The position numbers and the translations under genes are program-made. Positions 1-7,525 of a stretch of 25,618 nucleotides of DNA are shown here, piece by piece (the stretch's first letter is position 1; every line of letters begins with the position of its first letter). The DNA comes from Bacteroidales bacterium (lineage in GTDB: Bacteria; Bacteroidota; Bacteroidia; Bacteroidales; JAOZTL01). The DNA lies in assembly GCA_029942205.1 (NCBI GenBank), contig JAOZTL010000001.1:1-25618 (forward strand), given 5' to 3'. The notes under the pieces are model-generated. The model saw only the letters and a list, made by a program, of their open reading frames with translations, ran no database searches and was not told the DNA's origin.

Positions 1-1232
1 CTCTTGGTGATGATTTGTGCCGAGATGAACGGCTCTTCGATAAAATCGAGGTATTTGGGATCGGGTAATCCCGACGGATTGTAAACGGTTAGAGTTTCGT
101 CTTTTTTGGTATGCACGTGGTACGACACGTTGGGCACGGTGGTGATCACGTTCATGTCAAATTCACGGTCGAGGCGTTCTTGGATAATCTCCATGTGCAA
201 TAGCCCCAAGAAGCCACAACGGAATCCGAAGCCTAATGCCGCCGATGCTTCAGGCTCGTAAGTAAGCGAAGCATCGTTGAGTTGGAGTTTTTCCATGGCA
301 TAACGCAGCTCTTCATAGTCATCACTATCGATAGGATACACGCCAGCAAACACCATCGGCTTCACGTCTTCAAAACCATCAATAGCAATATCGCATGGGT
401 TATCGACATGCGTAATGGTATCGCCCACTTTGACCTCTTTGGATGCTTTGATGCCCGAAATGATGTACCCCACGTCGCCAGCCGATAGATCTTTCGTTGG
501 TTCTTGTTTGAGTTTTAGTATGCCCACCTCATCGGCGAAGTATTCTTTTTCGGTATTTACAAATTTGACTTTATCGCCCTTCTTGACCGTTCCGTTGAGG
601 ACTTTGATGTAAGCAATAATGCCACGGAAAGAGTTGAACACCGAGTCGAAGATAAGTGCTTGCAGCGGAGCTTGTGGATCGCCCTTTGGAGCAGGCACTT
701 TCTCAATAATCCGATGCAATATTTCTTTTACGCCCATTCCTGTTTTCCCACTCGCCTCGATGATTTCTTCGGGCTTGCAGCCAAGCATTTCTACTATTTG
801 ATCCGAAACCTCTTCGGGCATAGCCGTGGGCATGTCCATTTTGTTCATGATAGGGATAATCTCCAAATCGTTTTCGATAGCCAAATACAGGTTAGAGATC
901 GTTTGAGCTTGAATGCCTTGCGTGCCATCCACCACCAATAATGCGCCTTCGCAGGCAGCAATGGAGCGGGACACTTCGTAAGAGAAATCGACATGTCCAG
1001 GCGTGTCGATCAAGTTGAGAATGTATTCTTCGCCATCCTGTTCGTATTTCATTTGTATGGCATGACTTTTTATGGTGATTCCTCGCTCACGCTCCAAGTC
1101 CATGTCGTCGAGTACCTGCTCTTGCAGATCGCGCGCCGATACCGTGCCCGTGTATTCTAACAAGCGGTCGGCTAAGGTGCTTTTCCCGTGATCGATGTGT
1201 GCTATTATGCAGAAGTTTCTGGTATTTTTCAT
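1..1232 (-). CDS. lepA: Translation elongation factor 4 (LepA), 5' part; runs off the left edge
   Basis: Manual translation from ATG at 1232: [25 protein letters not shown]...[15 protein letters not shown]...[19 protein letters not shown]...[23 protein letters not shown], all hallmark LepA motifs. Not in the ORF track because it is truncated. Confidence 0.98.
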   Translation of the reverse strand, partial: MKNTRNFCIIAHIDHGKSTLADRLLEYTGTVSARDLQEQVLDDMDLERERGITIKSHAIQMKYEQDGEEYILNLIDTPGHVDFSYEVSRSIAACEGALLVVDGTQGIQAQTISNLYLAIENDLEIIPIMNKMDMPTAMPEEVSDQIVEMLGCKPEEIIEASGKTGMGVKEILHRIIEKVPAPKGDPQAPLQALIFDSVFNSFRGIIAYIKVLNGTVKKGDKVKFVNTEKEYFADEVGILKLKQEPTKDLSAGDVGYIISGIKASKEVKVGDTITHVDNPCDIAIDGFEDVKPMVFAGVYPIDSDDYEELRYAMEKLQLNDASLTYEPEASAALGFGFRCGFLGLLHMEIIQERLDREFDMNVITTVPNVSYHVHTKKDETLTVYNPSGLPDPKYLDFIEEPFISAQIITK

Positions 1233-1302
1233 AGTATGCTCTGTTGTAAGGTCTTCGACCTATTTTTGTTCCTAATGAAGCGCATTGATTCAATATCGCG
1301 TA

Positions 1303-1310
1303 CAAAGATA
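1303..1310 (-). promoter_or_regulatory. Bacteroidota housekeeping promoter -7 box (TATCTTTG) upstream of lepA
   Basis: Matches TAnnTTTG, about 70 nt upstream of the lepA ATG; no clear -33 TTTG. Confidence 0.6.
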
Positions 1311-1356
1311 CCACTTTTTGATGGATTATTTATTATTGGAGATTTTATTTGTTTGG

Positions 1357-1460
1357 AATCCGACGTATCAAGATTCTACAGCAATCCGACGTATCAAGAT
1401 TCTACAGCAATCCGACGCATCAAGACTCTACAACAATCCGACGCATCAAGATCCTACGGA
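1357..1460. repeat. 26-bp tandem array AATCCGACGYATCAAGAYTCTACARC (units start at 1357, 1383, 1409, 1435)
   Basis: Exact 26-nt period read from the sequence; the fourth unit runs into the complete REP hairpin. Confidence 0.95.
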
Positions 1461-1520
1461 TGCTTGATGGTCTAGCAACACAGTAAGATATTGAAGCATC
1501 CGTAGGATCTTCAAGCATCT
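1439..1520. repeat. Inverted doublet of 35-bp REP-like hairpins (1439-1473 +, 1486-1520 -)
   Basis: CGAC G CATCAAG ATCCTACGGATG CTTGATG GTCT and an inverted variant with a CTTGAAG/CTTCAA stem. Confidence 0.85.
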
Positions 1521-1602
1521 GGACTTTAAGGAAAGACCGACGCATCATGGGCAACCATGAACGAGTTCGAAGCCACATCTTTTTTTTGCAATATTATATT
1601 TA

Positions 1603-1912
1603 TCAAATATTAATTCTTTTTTTTATAATTTCGGGATTCCTTGAAGTATGTAATACGGCATAAACATCCACAACTCTTCGGTCTTGATCTATCCTAAAAT
1701 ATAGTGCATAAGGGTATTTCAATAATAATGCTCTTCGGAAATATAAAAAAACTTTAATAAACATAAATGGATTGTTTCGTAAAAGCGTTACTACTCGATC
1801 AAACTCAAGTAGGAAATCGAGACCTAATCCTTTTTTTTGCTCTTCGTACCAAATCCACCGTATCTTCCAAATCCAATTCGGCTTCGGGCTTAACGATTAA
1901 CTTATACATCAT
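1603..1912 (-). pseudogene. RelE/ParE-family type II toxin with a single-base frameshift at about 1851-1853
   Basis: Removing one T gives MMYKLIVKPEAELDLEDTVDWYEEQKKGLGLDFLLEF...FRRALLLKYPYALYFRIDQDRRVVDVYAVLHTSRNPEIIKKRINI*, a typical ParE-like toxin. Span is 310 nt (103 codons + 1). The start overlaps the upstream antitoxin stop. As written the frame stops after 35 aa. Confidence 0.85.
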
Positions 1913-2336
1913 ATTTTTTTTCTAATCGCTGTTTTACATTTTCCCATGAGTCGCCTGCTTGTGGATCATTTTTGTAGGCATTGTATCGTTGTTGTAGGAT
2001 ATTTTTGTGTTCTTCGGAGATGGGCTGACTCTCTCTGTCGTAAAACAATTGTTTGGTGGAGTTAATCTTTTCTTGTAGAATCGAGCTCTCCATTTCGTTG
2101 CTTCGTAGATTGACTTTGTGTGCGAATAAGTCTTCTAACTCATTCTGTAATTGCTGCATTGTTTCATCATTATCTAAGGACTTTGTCCATTCTACCAACA
2201 AATCAATATCACTCGTTGCATGAAACTGATCGGTGCATACCGTCCCAAAGAAGAATAATTTCTTAACGGGAAAGCTTTCACATATTTCTTGTGATTTTTC
2301 AATATATGAAAATATATTTTCTAAAAGAATATCCAT
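1902..2336 (-). CDS. Minimal nucleotidyltransferase (MNT) domain fused to a putative addiction-module antitoxin (Unstab_antitox/TIGR02574-like)
   Basis: N-terminal ~100 aa: VKKLFFFGT...SDIDLLVE...LEDLF..KV.L...INSTKQLFY (MNT signature). C-terminal ~40 aa: ISEEHKNILQQRYNAYKNDPQAGDSWENVKQRL (addiction-module component pattern). Directly upstream of the ParE-like gene. Confidence 0.8.
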   Translation of the reverse strand: MDILLENIFSYIEKSQEICESFPVKKLFFFGTVCTDQFHATSDIDLLVEWTKSLDNDETMQQLQNELEDLFAHKVNLRSNEMESSILQEKINSTKQLFYDRESQPISEEHKNILQQRYNAYKNDPQAGDSWENVKQRLEKKYDV

Positions 2337-2355
2337 GCTATCGTTTATTAAAAAA

Positions 2356-2476
2356 ACAAAGATACCACTTTTTGATGGATTATTTATTATTGGAGATTTT
2401 ATTTGTTTGGAATCCGACGTATCAAGATTCTACAGCAATCCGACGCATCAAGATCCTGCGGATGCTTGATGGTCTA
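2356..2476. repeat. Direct repeat copy 2 (121 bp) with the TATCTTTG -7 box (2357-2364, minus strand), 26-bp units and a REP hairpin (2441-2475)
   Basis: Near-identical to 1302-1474; the -7 box lies 20 nt upstream of the MNT-antitoxin ATG. Confidence 0.95.
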
Positions 2477-2491
2477 AGGGGTAGCTGATGT

Positions 2492-3130
2492 CTAATGTAA
2501 TAAATAGTCTTTGTATAGGGCGTTTCGTTTGTTTTTCCAAACGAGTTTGCCTATTGTCGAAAATTTTTCTCTCTTTTTTTTCAGTTCCATGCCGTTTTCT
2601 AGTCGGTTGGCTTGTGCTTGCTTGCGTTCTGATTTACGGACATTAACGACGCCTACGCTGTCGCTAAACCTTTTGATGCATTGTTTCAATTCGTCCAAAT
2701 CGCGTTGTTGAATGTTTCGAGCCTGCAACTCGCTCGAATAAATGGTAGCTGCATGATGTATTATACTGCTTTTCGGAACTAAATCTACTTCTTTGGTCTG
2801 AAGGTAGTTTCTTGTGCCAAAAAAATGGTAAGTCGCCGTATGGCTAGGATACAGACTTGCTACTCGCTGCATGATATATTTCATTTTACTCAATAGTTGC
2901 TTTTTGGCTTTGGCTTTTTCGGTATATGCTTTTTTCACCATAGCGAGGTATCGTTCATCATCCAATATTTCTTGATAATCGTTAATCAAAACGTGAAACT
3001 GAGCAATCGTCTCGTTTGTTATACTGTATGCCTTCAGTTCGGCGATGTCTCTTGCCAATATTTGTTCCATAAAACGGCATTCGGATAGTAATTCTGCTTG
3101 TGCTATTTGTAATCTTGCTTTTTTTTTCAT
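2492..3130 (-). CDS. Hypothetical helical protein (212 aa), resembling a Bacteroidota conserved hypothetical family
   Basis: Long ORF with ATG, amphipathic helical composition and a C-terminal ..YKDYLL motif recalled from similar Bacteroidota hypotheticals; no function recognised. Confidence 0.75.
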   Translation of the reverse strand: MKKKARLQIAQAELLSECRFMEQILARDIAELKAYSITNETIAQFHVLINDYQEILDDERYLAMVKKAYTEKAKAKKQLLSKMKYIMQRVASLYPSHTATYHFFGTRNYLQTKEVDLVPKSSIIHHAATIYSSELQARNIQQRDLDELKQCIKRFSDSVGVVNVRKSERKQAQANRLENGMELKKKREKFSTIGKLVWKNKRNALYKDYLLH

Positions 3131-3548
3131 TCTTGTTTTTTTTAAGGTCTCTCCTTTTGTGATGTTGCTTATGCAATTGTTTTTAATTTATCAATAAAAT
3201 ATATTTTTATAATAATTCAAAAACGAATAAAATAATTATACTGCAAATTAAAGTAAATAATTTATATTATCCAAATGTTTTTATGTATTTTTTTTCATTG
3301 ATAACACAAATTTAGTTCTATTTATTGTATTATTTGCCAAAACAAAGCCAAATAAGTCGTTCTGTAAGCCTTTATTTTGCTAGTCATACAGCATTTCTCA
3401 CTAAGGATCAACGGTTTTATTTATTGGCACAATAAATAAATAAAAAAGAACATGTATTACACCAATAAAAACAAAAGAATAGTCCATTAGATCTCTAAAA
3501 AAGCATCTCGAAACATAAAAAAGAGACTTTGGGACATAAAAAAAAAGG

Positions 3549-3762
3549 CTTAGATCGACCAAAATAAAACTTAGATCAACTAAAAAAGGACTTAGTATCT
3601 GGTGAAAATGAACTTAGATCAACTAAAAATGAACTTAGATCAACTAAAAAAGGGCTTAGTATCTGGTAAAAACGAACTTAGATCGACTAAAAAAGAGCTT
3701 AGTATCGGGTGAAAACGAACTTAGATCAACTAAAAAAGAGCTTAGTGTCTGGTAGAAATGAC
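3549..3762. repeat. 21/22-bp tandem array with an invariant CTTAG core (AABAABABAB)
   Basis: CTTAG at 3549, 3570, 3591, 3613, 3634, 3655, 3677, 3698, 3720, 3741; degenerate units extend back to about 3486. Confidence 0.93.
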
Positions 3763-3940
3763 CTCAAACCAAGGAAAGCGTAACTATATTCAAGCCAAAA
3801 CAAATAAATATAGATTCAAAAGAAAATGAGTAGGCAATCAAAAGTGTATCACATACAAAAATAAATCAGGAATAGCTTAAAGTACACAGGAAGGATTGGA
3901 GGGATGATATTGAGGGTGAAGGATTGCTCCTACAAATGTC

Positions 3941-4036
3941 GCTAAGACCTTCGAGCATCTGTAAGATCTCGAAGCGTCTGGATTTGAGATGAAGTACAGA
4001 CGCTCGAAGGTCTTGCAGACGCTTCGAGGTCTTAGC
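3941..4036. repeat. 96-bp REP doublet (hairpins 3945-3979 and 3998-4032) with perfect terminal inverted repeats GCTAAGACCT/AGGTCTTAGC
   Basis: AGAC CTTCGAG..CTCGAAG C GTCT and AGAC G CTCGAAG..CTTCGAG GTCT; same architecture as the hairpin at 1439-1473. Confidence 0.88.
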
Positions 4037-4038
4037 TC

Positions 4039-5697
4039 TTAGTTCAATAGTTGTGCTTTTTGCATCAACATAATCAATTCGGCTCGGTATCCGTCATCGT
4101 CCACACCTTTGGCTAGTTTGGCAAGGGTAATGGCTGCTTCGTAGGATGCCGCAGCTTTGTATTTGGAGTTGCGCAGCAATAGTCCGAACATACTCACCGA
4201 TCCTGCAAGCTTTAGGTTCATGCTTGGTGTTTGGGTGTAAATTGCCGATTCAACAATTTTTTGACTGATGAGTTTGCTCACATCGCTGTCTGGCTTTTTG
4301 TATCGCAGCTTGAATGTCATAAAGTTAGGGCTTTTTACTACTTTTGTTTTCTGATATTCTAGCTCGTCGATATTCGGAATTTCCTCGGTCGATCCTGCTG
4401 GTATGATTTCATAAATGGCAGTAACGGTGTGTCCAGAGCCAATGTCGCCAGCGTCTTTGGTGTCGTCGTTGAAATCTTCGGCAGCCAACATGCGGTTTTC
4501 GTAACCAATCAATCGGTATGCTTTTACTTTGTTGGGATTAAACTCTATTTGTATCTTCACATCTTTGGCTATGGTGTATAATGTTCCCCAAATCTCTTTG
4601 CCCAATATTTTTTTTGCTTCCATGATGTTGTCGATGTATGCATAGTTTCCGTTTCCAGCATTGGATAGTTTCTCCATCTTGCTGTCTTTGTAGTTTCCCA
4701 TCCCAAAACCGAGTACGGTAAGGAATATTCCACTCTTGCGTTTTTCTTCGATCATGCGTACCAGTCCGTCATCGCTACTCTGCCCAATATTGAAATCGCC
4801 ATCTGTAGCCAATATCACACGGTTATTGCCGCCTTGAATGAAATTATCTTTCGCAATTTTGTATGCCAGTTCAATGCCTTGTCCGCCAGCGGTAGATCCA
4901 CCTGCTTCGAGTTTGGCAAATGCGTCTACGATTTTCGATTTATTGTCGCAGGTAGTAGAGTTTAACACCACGCCAGCCGCACCAGCATACACCACCATCG
5001 CTACACGGTCGCTACCACGCAGGTTGTCGAGCAATATCTGAAATGATTTTTTTAATAATGGCAGCTTATTCTCATCGCTCATCGATCCCGATACGTCGAT
5101 CAGAAAAACTAAATTGGAGGCAGGTAAGTTTTGTACGTTTACTTCACGCCCCTGCAAACCTATTGATAGCAGTTTGTGCTTGGTATTCCAAAAGCAATCG
5201 GTCATTTCCATGTTTATCGAAAATGGTACATCGCCTTTGGGCTGTGGGTAGTCGTAATCGAAATAATTAACAAATTCCTCGATACGTACCGCACCAGCTG
5301 GTGGTAATTGGCTGTTATTCAAATACCGACGTGCATTGGCGTAGGATGCCCGATCGACATCTACCGAGAAGGTGGACAGTGGATTGCTTAGTGGTGATAC
5401 GAATGGGTTTTCATAAATCCGATCGTAACTTTCGGTATTATGCACTGTATCTCTTCTTCCGTCATTTTTCTTTTTTACGGGGGCGACAGCTTGCCTACCA
5501 GAAAAGCTTTCTTGTGCCATCTCTTCAGATATTTCGCCTTCGTCATACTCTAACGCTGCATCTGCTACAACAGATTCTTCGCCTACATATAGTTTTTCGG
5601 TTTGATAGGATTGCCCGCCACATTGTGTTAATAAAAAGGCAGTAATAAATAAGGCTACCACCAAACTTGCTTGTTTTCTAATCTTCGTTGTTTTCAT
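4039..5697 (-). CDS. YfbK-like vWA-domain lipoprotein (vWF_A N-terminal segment, vWA, DUF3520)
   Basis: Lipobox LLTQC; LSTFSVDVDRASY...VRIEEFVNYFDYDY; MIDAS DVSGSM; ATDGDFNIG; YRLIGYENRML..EDFNDD..DAGDIGSGHTVTA.YE. Confidence 0.92.
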   Translation of the reverse strand: MKTTKIRKQASLVVALFITAFLLTQCGGQSYQTEKLYVGEESVVADAALEYDEGEISEEMAQESFSGRQAVAPVKKKNDGRRDTVHNTESYDRIYENPFVSPLSNPLSTFSVDVDRASYANARRYLNNSQLPPAGAVRIEEFVNYFDYDYPQPKGDVPFSINMEMTDCFWNTKHKLLSIGLQGREVNVQNLPASNLVFLIDVSGSMSDENKLPLLKKSFQILLDNLRGSDRVAMVVYAGAAGVVLNSTTCDNKSKIVDAFAKLEAGGSTAGGQGIELAYKIAKDNFIQGGNNRVILATDGDFNIGQSSDDGLVRMIEEKRKSGIFLTVLGFGMGNYKDSKMEKLSNAGNGNYAYIDNIMEAKKILGKEIWGTLYTIAKDVKIQIEFNPNKVKAYRLIGYENRMLAAEDFNDDTKDAGDIGSGHTVTAIYEIIPAGSTEEIPNIDELEYQKTKVVKSPNFMTFKLRYKKPDSDVSKLISQKIVESAIYTQTPSMNLKLAGSVSMFGLLLRNSKYKAAASYEAAITLAKLAKGVDDDGYRAELIMLMQKAQLLN

Positions 5698-5730
5698 GTG
5701 TCTATAATTTTAATTCGTTTTTTTATTAAT

Positions 5731-5755
5731 AAGATGCATAAAGGTATTTGTTTCC
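5731..5755 (-). promoter_or_regulatory. Bipartite motif GGAAAC-N12-GCATC upstream of the YfbK-like gene (second copy at 5815-5839)
   Basis: Three copies with identical spacing (5731-5755, 5815-5839, 7332-7356), all oriented toward the vWA lipoprotein starts. Confidence 0.55.
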
Positions 5756-5756
5756 A

Positions 5757-5941
5757 AAGGTCTTGACCTTTTTGATGTTGCTTCCGCAAGATTTTCTATT
5801 TGTTTTTTATTGATAAGATGCATAAAAGTATTCGTTTCCATAAAATAAAAACAAAATAATTTGAAGATCTTGACCTTTTTGATGTTGCTTAGAAACGCAA
5901 ATCAAATAAGAGATGAGCAACATCAAAAGGTCAAAGACCTA
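5757..5941. repeat. Three copies of the dispersed hairpin-headed element (5757-5790 +, 5864-5891 +, 5915-5941 -)
   Basis: AGGTCTTGACCTTTTTGATGTTGCTT consensus; the minus copy begins with the TAG stop of the 5939-7276 gene. Confidence 0.9.
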
Positions 5942-7276
5942 GTTTAGTTCTTTCATTATTAATCGTACCATTAGGTTGTTGAGCATTTCCACTTGATAGC
6001 TCCCCACGGTAGGCTCTAGGTGCGATTCCCCTACTCCGCTGTCGTCGGTCAAGAAGATGTACGTTCCGTTGGTAGCCATCGCCACGAAGCGCATCAAGAA
6101 TTCGGTTTCTTTATTGATACCACTCGCCACGATAGGCATTATCTTGATACCTTTCATAGCAGCCATCTTGCTAGCTTTCTGCATACGTTGTTTGGAAGCA
6201 TCATTGTTGTGTGGTGGTGCATCCAAAATCAGAAATAATATTTTGGCAGTATTGCCTTTGCTCCATACTTTCGACTCGATGGCATTGACCAAAGCCTCAT
6301 CAACCGCCTCTGGAAAATCGCCGCCACCACCAGCATACTGTTTATTTAAGTTAGCAAGCACCTTGCTGATAGTGGTTTCGAAAGCAAAATCACGGATAAC
6401 GTAATCATCTTCATGATCTCGGTAAAATACCATGCCCACACGTGTCTTTAATTTGTTTGTTTTATTGTTCACTTTCTGTATGATGTCGTCCAGCTCTGTC
6501 TTCAAGAACTCCAGCTCATCGCTCATCGATCCCGTAGCATCTACCACAAACATAAGATCCAATTTGTTAGTTTTCTGCACCGCAGCCTCCATCGTAATCT
6601 CATGCATGCTTTTGGTTGTATTGATTTTAGCAATGGTTTTCGTTTTGCCATCAGCTGTTTGTAGCACTAAGCTCATCGATTTGGCATTCTTCTCGAATAA
6701 ATTTGCCCACAATTCGGCTTTCCCAAAGTTATCGGTTTGAGCTTGCCATACGACAACCCCTTTTTCGTTCTTCAATTTAGCCGTTACGTCTTTCAGCATT
6801 TCGCCTTTGCTATTCTTTACCACAATTCCCACACGAATAGTCGGCTTGAAATTCCATAGCGTGGGCATTCGCAGCCAGTCTTCGGAGGCAATTAACTTTT
6901 TCCAAAAGTCCCAATGCTTGAGGTCGTTCCACTCGCCAGCCGTAAGCAAACCAGCATCGCTAGTGGTGTTTTCGGCGGCAGGTTCTTCTTCTACAAGCAC
7001 AGTCTCTGTTTCGTCACTTAGCTCCATGTCTGCCTCGTCAGCAATATCATCTGCCACAATAGAAATCACTTCTTCTGCTTTTTCTTTTTTAGTCCGTTTC
7101 GCACTTTCGGTAGGTGCTTCTTCTGCCGATTCTACAGCGGCTTCCTCTACGGCTTCTTCAGTTACTTCTGCATCACTGTCATCGGTATAATCGCTTCCTC
7201 TCTCCATGCTGCTACATGCATAGAAAAACAAACTGATGATTAATAAACTTTGTGCAATCCATTTACTTGTTTTCAT
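5939..7276 (-). CDS. vWA-domain lipoprotein with an acidic linker and a probable carboxypeptidase-regulatory-like/Ig domain
   Basis: Lipobox FFYAC; E/A/D-rich N-terminal linker; MIDAS variant DATGSM; GGGDFPEA and ILDAPPH motifs. Confidence 0.88.
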   Translation of the reverse strand: MKTSKWIAQSLLIISLFFYACSSMERGSDYTDDSDAEVTEEAVEEAAVESAEEAPTESAKRTKKEKAEEVISIVADDIADEADMELSDETETVLVEEEPAAENTTSDAGLLTAGEWNDLKHWDFWKKLIASEDWLRMPTLWNFKPTIRVGIVVKNSKGEMLKDVTAKLKNEKGVVVWQAQTDNFGKAELWANLFEKNAKSMSLVLQTADGKTKTIAKINTTKSMHEITMEAAVQKTNKLDLMFVVDATGSMSDELEFLKTELDDIIQKVNNKTNKLKTRVGMVFYRDHEDDYVIRDFAFETTISKVLANLNKQYAGGGGDFPEAVDEALVNAIESKVWSKGNTAKILFLILDAPPHNNDASKQRMQKASKMAAMKGIKIMPIVASGINKETEFLMRFVAMATNGTYIFLTDDSGVGESHLEPTVGSYQVEMLNNLMVRLIMKELN

Positions 7277-7331
7277 AATTTTAATTTTATACGTTCAGAT
7301 TTTCGACTATCATTTTATGCGTTTTACTCTA

Positions 7332-7356
7332 AGGATGCAAAAAAGAATGCCTTTCC
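7332..7356 (-). promoter_or_regulatory. Bipartite motif GGAAAG-N12-GCATC upstream of the second vWA lipoprotein
   Basis: Same spacing as 5731-5755 and 5815-5839; 55 nt upstream of the ATG at 7276. Confidence 0.5.
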
Positions 7357-7375
7357 ATAAAAATAGAAAGGCATT
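7346..7375 (-). terminator. Probable intrinsic terminator after the vWA-OmpA gene
   Basis: Perfect 10-bp stem AATGCCTTTC/GAAAGGCATT followed by CTTTTTT on the minus strand. Confidence 0.6.
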
Positions 7376-7380
7376 TTGTT

Positions 7381-7525
7381 AAAGCACTTCATGCTGTTTG
7401 ATATTGCTTACGCAAGTATGTAAGTACCTATGAAAAATTAATTGTATATTTACTTTTCGATAAATCATTGATTGTAATAGTTTTGCACAAGTGCGTAAGC
7501 AATATCAAAAAGGCGAAGGCTTTTA
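7381..7525. repeat. Convergent pair of the dispersed element (7381-7416 +, degenerate head; 7473-7525 -)
   Basis: TTTGATATTGCTTACGCA on both strands; the minus copy abuts the TAA of the vWA-OmpA gene. Confidence 0.85.

Larger units (their letters stand above)
1302..1474. repeat. Direct repeat copy 1 (173 bp; lepA upstream region, 26-bp array and REP hairpin)
   Basis: Matches 2356-2476 apart from two extra 26-bp units and one loop substitution (TAC vs TGC). Confidence 0.95.

Noticed and set aside
282-941. Short plus-strand ORFs in 282-941, and the many short ORFs antisense to or inside long genes elsewhere
   Set aside because: Shadow ORFs of well-supported genes such as lepA, the vWA genes, murA, pcrA and der.
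1357-1460. CRISPR array
   Set aside because: The 26-bp units are directly adjacent with no unique spacers, and no cas genes are present.
1188-1475. Plus-strand ORFs 1188-1475, 1285-1467, 2233-2469 and 2291-2488
   Set aside because: They are translations of the duplicated promoter/repeat block and antisense overlaps; no coding signature.
3549-3762. CRISPR array or intact repeat-protein CDS
   Set aside because: No spacers; the 22-bp units shift frame and stops interrupt the frames, so no open ORF spans the array.
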